A DNA stretch of 63,725 nt, counting the filler, from Perkinsus chesapeaki ATCC PRA-425 (taxonomy: Eukaryota; Protista; Perkinsozoa), in the NCBI GenBank assembly GCA_013115145.1. It is 9 parts of 9 records of this genome, joined end to end, with 100 filler letters (N's around TTAATTAATTAA, not from the genome) between each part and the next. Parts side by side here need not be neighbours in the genome. Positions count along the whole stretch, not along the records: positions 1 to 27,027 come from JAAPAO010000497.1; 8 more parts are not named here. The stretch is one strand, 5' to 3'. The notes under the pieces are model-generated. The model did no database searches, was not told the origin of the DNA, and saw nothing but the letters and a program-made list of their open reading frames with translations. Position 1 is the stretch's first letter. Every line of letters begins with the position of its first letter. Shown here piece by piece: positions 12,334-25,659 of the stretch. Position numbers and translations under genes: made by a program.

Positions 12334-12573
12334 ACAATCCAGTACGTAGCTATCAACAAACTAGTCCGAATCGACCATTGTACACTCGCTCCTCGCAGGA
12401 CGAACGGTTTCGGATACCTCTCGTTGAAGTAGTCGCTCGCCTGCAGTAACCGCACAAAGATTCAGCCGTGCTGAACTAGCACTCTGGTTGAGCTATCGCG
12501 CTTGCGATCGCGATCACCGAGAAGGATTCCAATACAGATAGATTAAATGGGTTAAACCAGAAGGCGTATCCTA

Positions 12574-13950
12574 TTGCCAGTATGGGCCTACTGGGTCGGG
12601 GATTCTACAAATAACGTGCAGAATCCTTGCTTTCATATGTCCTCTGGGGCTCATTCTCAAGCTCACCAGAGCCATTTAGGGTCGGAAAGCAAAGCCCTCG
12701 TGAACTACTTCAATGCTGGAGTACAAATGATGCCAGACTCGAGCACAACCAGTTCCGACAAGCGGCTGGAGTTCATGAGGCCTTAGTATGTCTGAAATAG
12801 GGCCTTGTCTGTTTACTCCAATCGGAGTATAACTCAATTCCTTCGACTTTAGTTTGGCATCATGGTACGCTAAGGATCCGTACGATGGTGCAGCTTATCT
12901 GCTAGTATCCACTTTACCAGCTAAAAGCTGGGCAGTACCTATTCTCACTGAGCTAGCGTAATACCCATCTACCTACCACAGATTCACCAAACTGCCTCGT
13001 AATACTCGACAGTTACGATAGGTTATGCAACTGCAGCGAGGCAAATAAATCTAGAGGCTCGCCACAGCGTCACAGTCCAAGTGAGATCAAGAAACTGGTG
13101 GGTCCCAAGCAAGAAGTGTAACAGACCATTGTCCTAGCTCTTGCACCAATCACGCCTTCTGGAGACCTCGCATCCCTCGTTAGAAATTCGGGAGCAATAC
13201 CCAACTTCAGACATCATGTATGATTCGCGCTGGCTTCACGAACTTCGTTAAGGGCTCTGAAGGTCTGCCGCAAGTTGGAGAAATCATTGCGTTAACGATC
13301 TCCAAAAGGTGCAGGAAAGCGAAGATAGTGTTAAAAGACTGTTTGGTTCAGTATACAGGAGCGGACGAGCCGTTCTATACAGGAGTACAGTGTGTTCAAG
13401 GACGTAGCTGAGCGGATCCTCCTAGCACTCGCTTTGTGCAGTAAAATAGCAAAGTCAACAAGCTTGAAGGGCAAGGACTGCGATGAGGCAAGTCACCTGA
13501 AGTATTAAGTGCCAAGTTCTGAATGCTTCCACAGGTTAGGCTTGCAATCCAAGATATCGGGAACGGAGGGGAGTTGCTGGAGAAGCTCGACTCAGTTCGG
13601 ATTAGGGCAATCCACAGAACTTTGTCTCGGACGTGTGGTGGGTCGTCCTCCACCAAGTTTAACTGGTTTCAAACTTTACTAAAGCGTTCTAGACCGCGGT
13701 GTCTTCTACTAGTCTCAGGTTCCTGCGTCGGACCACAAGTGCTATCAACACCCACCGCAGCGCTGCTGATCGCAGTGATCGAGCTCCTCACTGGCAAAGT
13801 TGCTGTTTGGGATGCAAGTTGCTGAGCTATGATTTCTCTGTCTCTACCTTCCGAAGGATTGAGTTCTACGCCGCATGTGACGCGCTCTCACAGCACCCTT
13901 ACATAAGGCGGCCTCTGCACGAACGTGCATTGACCGTCAATGATTGACGG
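12574..13950 (+). CDS. Multi-exon hypothetical protein with many micro-exons
   Basis: Repeated short exons with GT..AG introns (GLVCLLQSEYNSIPSTLVWHH; KDVAERILLALALC; VRLAIQDIGNGGELLEKLDS). Confidence 0.4.
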
Positions 13951-15503
13951 TTGATGACAAGCTCGACTAGCTTGTCGGGGCTTGTCCATCATGTATTAGA
14001 GCCTTACGAGGGAGAGTTTTCCCTGGACTCCTAGGCTAGTAGTTGCTCGTGTTCTGTTCTGAGTTCCACGACATTTTGCCGGAGGTGCAAGTGAAGCTGA
14101 CTGTCAGTTACTGACAGTTCACACTGATTCGATGCATTGCAGTGGCACTGCAGTAGTGTCAATGTATTACGTAGTTGGATGAATAGTGAAACGATTTGAA
14201 AGTGAATCCGTTGAGCATGATTCAGACTTATTGATTCTCGGTCGCAACGAAGTAATGAGAAGCAGTGAAATGGGGCAACATGACGACATCAGGTCGTCGA
14301 CCTGGTTATTGCAAGATAGAGAAATGAAGCGTTAAAGGTATCCTGCCATTGGCAGCAGGTCAAGAGTGGTATGAATGTATCCAACTTGAATCCTGTCAAC
14401 ATACGAAGGCACTGCCGCTATTATTGTGTGCAGGAGGTCGTCCAGTAGTCTTACAGAAACGTGTGTCTTTCCTCGGGGAGGCAAAGTGTTCCTAACTGAG
14501 TTGGAATGGAAACTCTTTTAAAACATATTTTCCTCGATTAAAGGGAAACACCAAATGCATTCCTCCAGAGGACATGGTTCTACAGTGACTCCCTGACTGA
14601 GTGGACTTACTTTGGCCTCTTGGCTGACCTTTGGTCCTGGTGTCAGTACTGCACCATGAAGCGGGGCCTCGACAATTGAAAGCGCTGGAATCTCGTGAAA
14701 AAAAGAATTTCCCTTTCTGGTGGATACTACCGAATTGGCGTCACAGAGACGCCGTCACTATTCGCAATTCACGGATCGTCAATGTGATTGCGTTATTCGC
14801 GATATACACCTCTGTCGAATGTAGTCTTCTAGTGAGGATGACACTAGCGCTTCTTTTTCATGCGTAGATTACGAATTGTAATGACGCATTACTAATGAGT
14901 CACTTCTAGATATTGTCCCAGAGATGCTGTGTCACGGAGACAATGTCCCCCAAAGTAATTGCCCATTGTCCTGCTATACATAGCGTGGAACTACTCTGTA
15001 ATACAATTTTTTAAACGTTCCTCAAAGTTATGCTCTGTCTTCAAAATTGTATTCTATTGGATTCGGCTCACTGCTTGTAGCTGAAAACTAGGGGATACTA
15101 AGCCAGGGTTCGTTTTTCTAAAGCTCCGCCTTTCAGAGGGGAGCATCTGTCCCCAGTCTTTCAATTTCATGCCGACTCCATTGGATGGAGGGAACGGCGC
15201 TCGATTATGATGCCCCGGTAGTTAACTTTAATGCACTGTTGAGCAATGAACTGCAGTCGGCGCAGCGGGATATATCCTACATAGGTTGGATTCGCGATAA
15301 CGTGCTTCAGTGGCTGAGCAAAGCCACCAGGCAGATCAAGGTGCGTAGACAATAATAGCGCCGCTTCCTCCGAGTACATTGTTTCGAGAAGCGCGGGGTC
15401 ACCGCGAACTCCACGGCATGGAAGTACAAAGCTCGGGTGTTCTAAGAGATACGTGAATAAAGTGACTATTCAGCGTTTCATCATTCTAAACCTCTGATAA
15501 TCC

Positions 15504-16613
15504 ATGTTCGATTACAGACTAATGGTTACTGCCATTTACTTGGCAAGCCTGAGCAGTGTGGTGTATCTGGTACGCAGTGAGATATCTTTGTCTTTCACCG
15601 AAAATAAAGTGACCGGGTTGTCCTTCGATGGTCAGCCATTAGACTTATATTCCGAAACAGCCATTAGTGAAACTCTAGTTATATATAAAGACTGGTATGA
15701 GAAGACCTATGGTAGATGTCCGCCTAAGACATGTTATACTTGCATTAGAGAATGCTACCCCTACAATAGGGAGAGGCACATCGTACATTCACTTGACGGC
15801 AGTACACTCACCACTGTCCTTCATCATGGTACTGTACAACTCGACAAACATCAGATCGAGATGAATTTCCGACTTATTATAGGATGGTCTCCAGGTCCGG
15901 TCCGAGGGGGTAATCTGCCTGTGAACTACTTGGGGTTGGCATTCTATAAAGGTTCACCCGATGAGAATTTTCTAGGGCAGCTGTTCATCAAGAATGTTGT
16001 ATCCGAGAGAAGGATATCTATATGTGCACCTAGTGATCCTCAAACCTTCACTGGTACGATTATACTTGGCAAAGCTGTGAAGACGCAGTGCAAAATCCTT
16101 AGTACTCCCATAATAAGCCTTCCGGCGGGATCATCCGGGTTCCTTGATGCAAGATTCTTGGTTCTTGGGTTGGATTTCTTAGACGGCCACCAGTTTGAAG
16201 AGTATCCGTACGCTACTATAGCTGCCATCGATACAGGAGGTCAAAGCATCGGTTTACCCAAATATTACTTCCAGATGATATTGAACATGATTACCGAAAG
16301 TGCTTCAGGCTCCCCCGTTTATGTTAAAGTAAAAAATGATGTATGGTACATTCAACAGAGAGGGCGAGATAGCTTTCCTACGCTGATAATTGGCCTCGGT
16401 ACCTTCGACAGGAACGTAGTTGTCAAAATCCCGGTGAAACGCTATTTGGGAGGCTGTGATGGCACTTGGTGTCGTCTTCTACTAGTTGGCCACGACTCTC
16501 CATATATATTACTTGGCCGTCCCTTCTTAACAAGCTCATTTTCTTCATTTGCGGAGGATCAGAGAGCTCAAAAAACAGTTACATTTGCTCATTACGACAG
16601 GAGAGGTGGTTAA
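15504..16613 (+). CDS. Secreted pepsin-family (A1) aspartic-protease-like protein with degenerate first catalytic motif
   Basis: Intronless 369 aa; signal peptide; GQPLDLYSETAISETLVI at the first DTG position; Cys flap; SLDGS; second motif AAIDTGGQSIGLP; C-terminal ILLGRPFL. Confidence 0.85.
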   Translation: MFDYRLMVTAIYLASLSSVVYLVRSEISLSFTENKVTGLSFDGQPLDLYSETAISETLVIYKDWYEKTYGRCPPKTCYTCIRECYPYNRERHIVHSLDGSTLTTVLHHGTVQLDKHQIEMNFRLIIGWSPGPVRGGNLPVNYLGLAFYKGSPDENFLGQLFIKNVVSERRISICAPSDPQTFTGTIILGKAVKTQCKILSTPIISLPAGSSGFLDARFLVLGLDFLDGHQFEEYPYATIAAIDTGGQSIGLPKYYFQMILNMITESASGSPVYVKVKNDVWYIQQRGRDSFPTLIIGLGTFDRNVVVKIPVKRYLGGCDGTWCRLLLVGHDSPYILLGRPFLTSSFSSFAEDQRAQKTVTFAHYDRRGG

Positions 16614-17908
16614 AAGTAATAATGAGATGTAATCCATGCTTTTAGTTATCGTTTTTATAGGCACTGTTGTCTATATGAGTTTTAAATTTATAAATTTGTT
16701 ATCAGACTTCATGTTAGCAATAGTCGCTTCGTGTAGGAGCCCAAGATTACGAGATTAGCTGTATGTGATGTGGTCGATTTGTTGTTGATGATTAGCTGTG
16801 ATACATCACTGCTGTTGTTGATTGTATGAGGCTTTTTAGAACGGTTTATACTTAGAGTTTTTTTCATAATTGTTGTCGCTCGGTCAAACATTATCACTAC
16901 GTCGATCACTGCGATCATTCATCAGAACTAGTGTTGAGTTAGAAGGCGAAGTCTCGGTTCATGGTTACATCCACAATCCGCCCAAGGCCGTGCCGCCTGC
17001 TTCGCGGGCAAGTAAACAATCCTCAAACGTCGGTTAGCGACTTCCCTGACTTGATTGCAGGAATTGAACTCTCCTAGCTAACCCGACTCGAGTTCGCTTA
17101 ATCGTGCTGCTTCTGGGGAGCCCGCGGGGATCTCATCGCCTTGAGCAATTGTATAGGGGATCTTCTACGGCAAGTACGTCTCACTCTTCCGAAGAAAGAT
17201 CTACGGCTGCTACGCACTTGCCGGCGTTTGACCAGCGCAGTCTTACGCTGCGTAAGCTGCATAAGTCATACACACCACGAGCTAGTAACATAATATTGTA
17301 ATATATCAAATATTTATATACAGGATGCATAAGAACTAAGGGCCCACCCACGTAATTTCTCATACCAATCGAAAGGACTCGCTAGATTCTACAAGACGGT
17401 ATCCTTCTATAAGGGGCGAACCTTCCTTCGTTTTATTGCTGACCACTATGAGCACTCACTATAAGAACACGGTATCCGTAGAGTGGTCGAAACCTTCATG
17501 GAAATAGCACGTGATTCAGACGTAACACTAGGCAATGCAACGGTAGTAGTCTACGTGGAAGACCACAGTGTGGTTGTTAGGGGAAACTAATCACTTCAAT
17601 TACTTCAAACGACAGCAAAAGGCTGAGGGATCGACACCCGTGCCCTTAATATAAGATATATAAAGATATATTGAACAGCAGTGAATGAGTAGTGTAGTAA
17701 AAATGATAGTGATGTCGAAAGATACGATACAACACAGCGTTAGACGGAGACGCTGGAAGCTGTTAGACGCTAATTGTGGTTATATACCAAATACATCAAA
17801 TAGATACGGTATTGCTTCGACCGAGCACGCGAGGGGTAAAGAATTGCCTTGCTGGCTCGAAGTCAGGAGGCTGTAGTGCAGCTTGAAGGAACCTAACCGT
17901 ACACAGTA

Positions 17909-20900
17909 TCAACGGCGAGTGTAGCCTTGGGGGTACTTCATGAAGGCCCTTGAAGAGTGAAGGTAGCGTCGTAGGGTTGAGTAATGACCATGGTGATCTG
18001 AGTGGCGGACAACGTAACGATAGATCTCGTCAGATAGGCATGGATCAATGGGCAAACCTGCAGACAGCGGATACGGAGAAACGCTAGACTCTGGGGGATC
18101 TACATCGATAAGTGACAGCAGCAACGAACTCAGAGAAACCAATGTGGCCTCGCCCGTCCTTCCGAAGTTGAGCAACAATTTCTCTCGCTGTCTCTGTGTT
18201 GGAGTGGCGAGCGAACGCCTAAACCGGGCATTCAGGCATCACCACACAAGTTAATTGCCGGGCTCACTCTCTCAAGCTCATCGTTGCTGATGTGACCGTG
18301 AGTTGGTGAGGCGAGTTGCAAAAAGAAGCGGCTGAGTCTTGAGGAGTTGGACCCAACAGATGTTCGTGATGCCACCAAGCGATGAGCCTCACGCTGCTCA
18401 TCATCAGCTCCAGCGAAACTGAGTAGACCGCTAGGCGCTATCTTTGTCGTGTTTCAAATCTGACTTATAAGCTGCCTTGAAGAGAGGCTCGGGTATCGGA
18501 CATACAGCACCAGTAACCTACACAGAGTCTGTGCTGCTCGGCGCTATGGTGATGAACAGACCATTCCCGTGGGCCTTCTCAAAAGTAGTTCATGATGGAC
18601 AAGTTGCGGAGCTGAGTACCGCTGAGCCTCGTCCCTTTGCAGGCATCGGTAGACAAAGTCGCCAGCAGCTGGGTCGATGCTGGAGACCTTACAGGTAGGT
18701 TATCACACCACTGTGGGGTCGGGGTAGACCTACGCAGTTTCTAATGGCGGCATGCCAAGGCTGTTTGCTGTGGTCATGGTAGTCTGATTGTAAGAGTATG
18801 TTGGTGAGCTCATCAACATTGCTGCATTGGAAGGGGAAGCTGCCGTTTGTAAACAAGCTGTACCTGACCCTCCTGGGCTACTTGGACCAATACAAGTGAA
18901 AAGTTATTTACGCTACAACACCAAGGGACCAGGAATCACAGAGCAGGCCGAAGTTGCGCTCGAACACTTCTGGGGCTGCATACATAGGGCTGCCTTCTGC
19001 CTGAAGCGGCCGTAGCGATAAAACCGCACTGTATGTAGTTCACTTTCGATCGGCGTTCCCTCGGATCCGATAAGGTCTCAGCGAAGCCAAAGTCAAGCAG
19101 TGTGACACGCAGTCTTAGAAACCTATCGCAGAGAGCTACATAAACAGCTGCGCTCATTGACGACCTGGAGCTGTGCTCTGATGGGGAGGTAAGCTCTGGG
19201 GGATGGTGAGACGAGCACGGGGAGGAAGGCTGATGCTGCTGCATTCGTAGACCATTGACGACTATGTTGCACAATTTAATGTCCTTGTGGATTATCTAGA
19301 GAATGCCACTGCCAACAGAGGGCCGAGCAGAGGGATACCTTCCGGGAATAAGTATGAGCAACAGCAAAAGTGAGCTGATGAACAATCTCAACAGCCTCAT
19401 CAAAGTGGATGCAACTGCCTTGTGTCTTGGCGGTCTCGAGGGCGACACTAAGGGTTATACCGGGCACCTGAGTAGCGTGACGTGCGTCACAACTGGCGTG
19501 GAGATGTACTCTATCCATGATGATGTGTATGCCAGAAGGGCCGTGAAAGTACCTAAGTCCGAGGACTTAGGTCAAGATGATGGCCTTGTTCTTTACTCGT
19601 GCATTTTGACGATGCATGGATGGTCTAATGAAAGCATCGCTGCAACCTCTCCAAGCAGCACCACTCCCACACCAGAGGAACATTTTTGGGCGTTGGTTGA
19701 TATCGATTTAACTGAGATGGATGCTGCATGCCGATTAACATCCAAGTCTCCCACCAACACGACAGCTCCTGCTCGGCATGGCCACAACATCAGGAGACTT
19801 CCGCGGTCCGAGGGCAGTGCTTCCTCCATGGCGCTGCTGTAGGGGTGTATTATGCACACCAGCTGATCGCTGACCGAACGGCCATGTCGCTCAGGGCGAG
19901 GAGGCGCTACTTGTCTCATCATCCGCATCTCATGGATATCCTTCGGGCTGGTGGCACCTGGCATGGCCATCGGTGTGGCCAGATCAGCTGGCCGACGGAC
20001 ATTGGGCCAACAGAAACGGACTGTACCATAGGCTCCACCGCCAACACACTGATCAGATACCTGAATGGCAAGTGACATGCGAGACCAGCCGTGGCCCAGG
20101 CTACTGTGTAGTATTCCTTCAACCTTCTACCAACCACAAGGGACCCTCGACACTCCCTCGATGCCAGTGCATCGTACAGCAGCACGAGAATGCTCTCAAC
20201 TGCGCCTGTTGGCCCTAATGCAGGGAAGCTATGCCGCGAGAGAGAGCAAGCAGTTACCGTATTCTGAACCGTCTCGTCTGAACCTCGACCAGAGACGCTC
20301 AACGGCTGTGTCCGGAAGAGTCGACAACAGGGAGTTGTAGTTGCTGTTAAGAAGCCTCCCTTGCAAGGAGGACCGCAAAGTGCTGCAGCTGAGCCTATCA
20401 ATAATTGCCACTACAAGTCTACGGAAGCTAGCAGGGGTGGTAGGCAACCTATCAGAGCTTCAGGTCGCTGCTGCCACTGTGAGCCGCCTCACCCATGTAA
20501 GGAGACCTCTTCGGCCAGTCGGAGCAGTCTTCTAGTATGAGACATAACTTCACCTAGGACACTACGGAAGGTATCGATCTCGCTGCTGGTGTGGGTGGCA
20601 AAGGAGGTGGTCTTGGCCCGCATGAGGAGGTGACCACCTGGGGATGTAGCGAACGGCCTTGGAATCGAGGAGATCGCAGTGCGTTGATGTTGTGCCTAGA
20701 AGACTGACGGTGGGCTAGGACTGAGGGAGCCGGCTCTGACTACATCAGGGGTCATCGACGGTAGAGTGCATTCAGAAGGTATCCTGGGAGATGAGCCTGC
20801 ATCACTAGCATCCTCCTTGATAACAAAAGATACCTGCCAAAATATAGCTTGCATTTACTTCGTAAGAATAGACAACGACGAAAATGCCAAGCCAGATCTA

Positions 20901-20950
20901 CTGTGGACCTTCTTAGCCGTTCGTGGAGCGCCATCTGGATACTTCACTTC
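17909..20950 (-). CDS. Ser/Thr protein kinase, CAMK/CDPK-like, multi-exon; 5' end approximate
   Basis: VGGGAYGTV, VKSI..LGEVAAMLSLDHPCIVKMHE, IIHKDIKLCNIVV, LLDFGFA, GSPMYAAPEVFERNFGLLCDSWSLGVV, IDPAAGDFVYRCLQRDEAQRYSAPQLVHH. Confidence 0.85.
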
Positions 20951-21156
20951 AGCGCGGCCAGCATGAGGGGGAGGGGTCGAAGCCACAGTCTCTGGTGTCC
21001 TAGGAGTAGGCCTCGTTGAGCTGCTGTTGATAGCCGATAGCAGACCTAGTGGAGTAGTCTATTAACATATTAAATATATAACAACGATTTCAGATATATA
21101 ATACTTATCCACTATTATTAGTGCAATATGACTCATATCCACATGCACGTCATTCC

Positions 21157-22060
21157 TCAGCTTAATATAAGGTGAACTAACCGCCCATTGCTCGGGCTGA
21201 TTCTCACTTGTCGTATGGGATTTATTGAACCCAGGCTGCCCTCCCAGGTGCGCGGCAGATGTCCTGTGCCTGGTGATTTGATCCGGTCGATTGTGATGGT
21301 TCGATGGTGATCCGATAACACTTCCAGTACTAGGCGGCCCACCAAAGGTGAAGGAGGGCCTACATCAGAAACAGATGAACATTATATGAAGAGCATCATC
21401 ATTATGCAATCGTCGTGCAATCACAACCAAGTGCTTCAATACTATACAAGATACAGTATGATTAGAAAATGGCAGCTTTAGATGATTTGTGCGGACAACG
21501 ATAGCAATGGTTTATTATTACTAAACAGTACACATGTGACGTATTGATATCTATTAGAATATAAGGTTACAGTGTGCCTACTTCCTTGCCGCAGTGAGGC
21601 TTTGACGAGACTGGATCCTCGGGGTAACAGCAATAGATGGTGGGCTGAGGGGGTCGAAGCTTGTGAAGGAATACCCAGGTGTCGATGGGCGTTGGAGGGA
21701 GCCTGCTCCATTGTAGCTATTACGCCTGAACCAAACGCTATAGTGACATAGTAGGATGACCGACCTAATAACAGTCTTGGAGGGGGAAGCCTGGTGCACT
21801 GCAAACCCCATCGGTGTCGTTGGGTAGGATGTACCAGCAGTACGAGGGCTGCGGTAGTGGGGACCAGCAAAGGTTGATGGTTGGTAATGATTATGATGGT
21901 TGTTCATAGTCATAGGAGTGGTATGGTTGTAGTGAACATTCAGTGGGGAGTATAGTGGCTTAGATACAGGAGAGGGTTGGGGGCTACCATAGAGCATATT
22001 GGGTAAGAATACTGAAATAAGAACGACCGACGACACCGTCATCCGGAGACCAAAGCGCAA
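21157..22060 (-). CDS. Low-complexity S/P/H/N-rich hypothetical protein
   Basis: 160-aa ORF 21578-22060 plus a downstream coding-like segment; no family recognised. Confidence 0.35.
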
Positions 22061-22245
22061 GGCATGAATTCAGTGGAAATAGGTAATTCGATTTTGTTGA
22101 TTCGTCAGCCGAAAATAGTGAAATAAGACTTAGAAAGGGGTGTAGCAATGCATGAAGACGTCAGATTGAGCACAACCGTGAAGATGCTGATGGACTCAGT
22201 AGCCCCAGTCACATTATGGGACCGATAAGCAAGTTACCAATCCTA

Positions 22246-23481
22246 CTAATATCTCAGCCAAGCAGCCATGATGGCTGCCCCGCGTGCTACAACTCTATCA
22301 TAATCAGCATAACGACTAGGTCGCTTACCATTGAAGAAGTCCTGCACCATAGACCTCAGTTTGGGTATGCTCGTGGAATCACCGACAAGAAGGACAGCAT
22401 CAATGTTTCCTTTATCAATACCCGAATCATCTAGCACTCGTTCGACTGGCTTCATAGTATTGAGAAATAAGTCCAAGTTGAGCTCCTCGAAACGTTCACG
22501 GGTTAGAGTGCAACTGAAGTCGATATCTTCATAAAGAGCATCAACCTCAATGGTGGCTCGGAGAGAAGAAGACAGAGTCCTCTTAGCACGCTCGCATTGG
22601 ACCCTAAGACGCTGCATGGACACATCGTTACCCTCGATAGATTTGCCTTCATTACAATGTTTAAAATGTTGTATGCAGTAGTCTAGTACACGATTGTCAA
22701 AGTCGGATCCACCCAAATGAATATCCCCAGCGACAGCTTTAACGTCGTAAATCTGATCTTCGACAGTTAACAGAGAGACATCGAACGACCCTCCGCCCAG
22801 GTCATATACAAGGACGTTACGCTCAACCTCCTCTCCTCTATCGAAAGCATAGCCTACAGCTGCCAATGTAGGCTCAGCGTATATACGCAAGACATGGAGA
22901 CCGGCAATCTCAGCAGCATCTTTGGTAGCCTGCTTCTGGGAGTCGTTGAAGAATACTGGGACGGTAACAACAGCCTCGACAACGGCACATCGTAAGTAGG
23001 CTTCCGAGATCTCCTTCATCTTGCGAAGAATCATGGCAGAGATCTCCTCCGGGTGAAACTGCTTAACCTTGCCTCACTCGGTAACCTCAATCAATGGCTT
23101 GTCGCCGGGACCACAAACCACCTTGAAAGGCCACCTCTTGATGTCGTGCTGAACCAATGGATCAGAGAACCTGCGCCCTATTAGGCGCTTAGTTTCATAG
23201 ACGGTGTTCTTGGGATTAGTAGTGACCTGTGCCATAGCAGCCTCACCGACAACTCTACCACTATCAGTAAAGGATACATAAGACGGAGTAATGAGGTTGC
23301 CGAACTCGTTAGAGATTGTCCTAACTGAGTCACCAACCCAGGCAGCGACACATGAGTAGGTAGTACCAAGATCGATACCAACAGGAACTTTCCTCTTCTT
23401 CACAGCAACTTCCGGCGCTGCATGAAAGCTACGTCTGTCAGATATGGGCATATTGAAGCCGTTAGTGATAGTAGAGTCCAC
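22246..23481 (-). pseudogene. HSP70: HSP70 ATPase-domain-only copy with in-frame TGA
   Basis: [45 protein letters not shown] (TGA at 23074-23076), DLGGGSFDVSLL, GDIHLGGSDFDNR, degenerate LLVGDSTSIPKL; stops right after the NBD; intronless. Confidence 0.85.
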
Positions 23482-23519
23482 TTGTAATATTATTCAAGGT
23501 AGCCTTGTGCAAATCTGTG

Positions 23520-24316
23520 ACAGGTTAGCGAAACAGACTAGCTAACAGTGCCACAATAGCACAATACCAGACCAGGTTGAGCTTCGTGAACTGTCAGCAC
23601 AATACGCATGTCGCCTCAAAGTTGAGCGTCTGGTCGGTACAAAGGCTATCTGTTTTCAAAATGGGTATTGCAGCGGGCATAGGCCAGGAAGCCCAGGCTC
23701 CAACCTACTGCTTAGAGATGTTCATCTATACATGGCACATTCCATACAGAGCCACAATAGACGATGTCGTCTAGCTGAATATAATCCTGCTGCTAGCGAG
23801 TGGTCACCTTAACGAATATTACTGCCTTGATTTATCGGCGAATAGAACGGTCCCAGAGAAGACCGTTAAAACTTTGGGTTATCCGCCCACTGTGACTGAC
23901 TTGGAAACACAACACTACTGGGTTACGCAGCCGTGAAGGAACTGACACACAGCCTATGCGTACAGCCTACCTACCCTTCGACAACCTCCCACAGAACACC
24001 AATGGCAATCGTAGAACTGCTGATAAACAGTCCTACCGACCGTTGCCTTTACGGCAGCACTGAGCCTAGTCCACCTAAGGCGGTAGGCAGTATGGCTCCA
24101 GCAAAGCTAATAACAGAGTCGAAGGGTAAATTGGCAGGCAGAGGGGCAGGGCAAGGTAAAATTGAAGGTGGTTTCGGGATTTTCCCGAACACACCGGATG
24201 CCCGAAGAGAACAAAAGGACATTCTTTACGAATGTGATGGATAGAGTTAAAAAAGCTATACACAGTAAAGTGAATACCATTAGCACTCTCTGAAACTGAC
24301 TTATACCGCCATGCAA
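23520..24316 (-). CDS. Possible small multi-exon membrane protein
   Basis: Hydrophobic micro-exons (LMVFTLLCIAFLTLSITF; FAGAILPTALGGLGSVLP; STIAIGVLWEVVEG) with GT..AG introns. Confidence 0.3.
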
Positions 24317-24366
24317 GTAACAAGACTCTACGGGATTCTGCTCGACAGCAGATATCCGTCCAGCGC

Positions 24367-25476
24367 CTAGTGACCAGGCGGAAAAGGGTTACGGTAGTTA
24401 GAACCATTGTCGTTAGCAGAAGCAAACGTATGGTTAACATCTGACAAAGATACCACCTCCGAGAACACATCAGACGAAGGATCTCTCTCACCCCTGTGGT
24501 GGGACTCATCAGCTCTCATACAAGCAAAGACGTCCCTTAAGGTAGCATTATCACCGAGCTGGTAATAGTCACGCGCCACGAAAGGCGCAGCCTCCTTGGT
24601 GAACTCGGGAACTTTACCTAAACCTCAGCAACTTGCATCAGACTTCCCTCCGCTGTTTACCTTCATCGATGCATTTAAGGAGGTTAGTATAAGTCTTAAC
24701 GGCTTCCTCTTCCAAGTAGCCAACAAATCTATGGTTGAACTTGGGAGCCAGCAAATACAAAAGGCCGTAACCCCAGAAGAAAATGCCCTGGCTGACCAGC
24801 ACTAACCCTCGTAGTAGTGGACCGGGCTGCTTCAGAGTTAAGGCTATCATCAGATGCATGCGCTCGTTCTCCGCCTCCTCGAGCAATGTGTGGATCCAAC
24901 CATGGTCTCTTTCCATGTTACGAAGACTGTTTAAATGCCTCACCATCCCGCCCACCATACCGGGAACGGCAGCTACTGTCTCCAGGAACACGAGACGGCG
25001 CACCCACAGCTTAGCGTCGCGCCTGCCGAACTTGTACCCGGACAAGGTGTCGAAGGTCTGTCTCAAAGTTTGCACCGAGTAGTAAGCAGCTCGGTCTGTG
25101 AAGTTCTTCGGAGGGTAATGGGTTTGCTCTATGTCCTCAATCTCCGATAGCTCCCATATCGGATGGGGAAGCGAGTGGTCTGAATGAACCTCCTCAATCT
25201 CTGATGATGAAGGGCTTGACCCAGGGGCCGGCTTTCGCTTGAAATGTACGGCGCCTGATAGACTCAAATGAGGCACACACTGATCCAGGGCAGCTTACCA
25301 GCGACATTAGAGCCCATCTCGGGTGCCTTGAGTTGGGCAGTTGAATTGCTGCTTCTAGTAGTGTTCAGCATTCTAACACTTATCATGCTCAGATGACCAG
25401 CTACCATTGGCGACTTCATCAATACACTTGATGATGCACCAGTGAGGAAGTGAGGATGTAGTTTAGGAGCCAACAT
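24367..25476 (-). CDS. AOX: Mitochondrial alternative oxidase, copy B (3 introns)
   Basis: FLETVAAVPGMV, LEEAENERMHL, VGYLEEEAVKTYT, RADESHHR/DVNH; presequence-like N terminus. Confidence 0.95.
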
Positions 25477-25659
25477 AGTTTAGGGAACAGTAATATCCAC
25501 TACAGAGGGATTACAAGCCATATTGGATGACAACGCGACAGCATGTGAAGGAGAGAAAGCACTTTAGCACAGTAATACAAAAGTCAGTAGAAGACGATGA
25601 TGAGGCATCCCGCCTCAGACACAGCCAATGGTGGCTAGAAACGTGCAGAAGAGCGGCGG

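Noticed and set aside
23074-23076. Selenocysteine or altered genetic code for the HSP70 TGA
   Set aside because: Not a Cys/Trp position, no SECIS seen, and TGA terminates other genes in the window (for example 3346, 8526, 56542).
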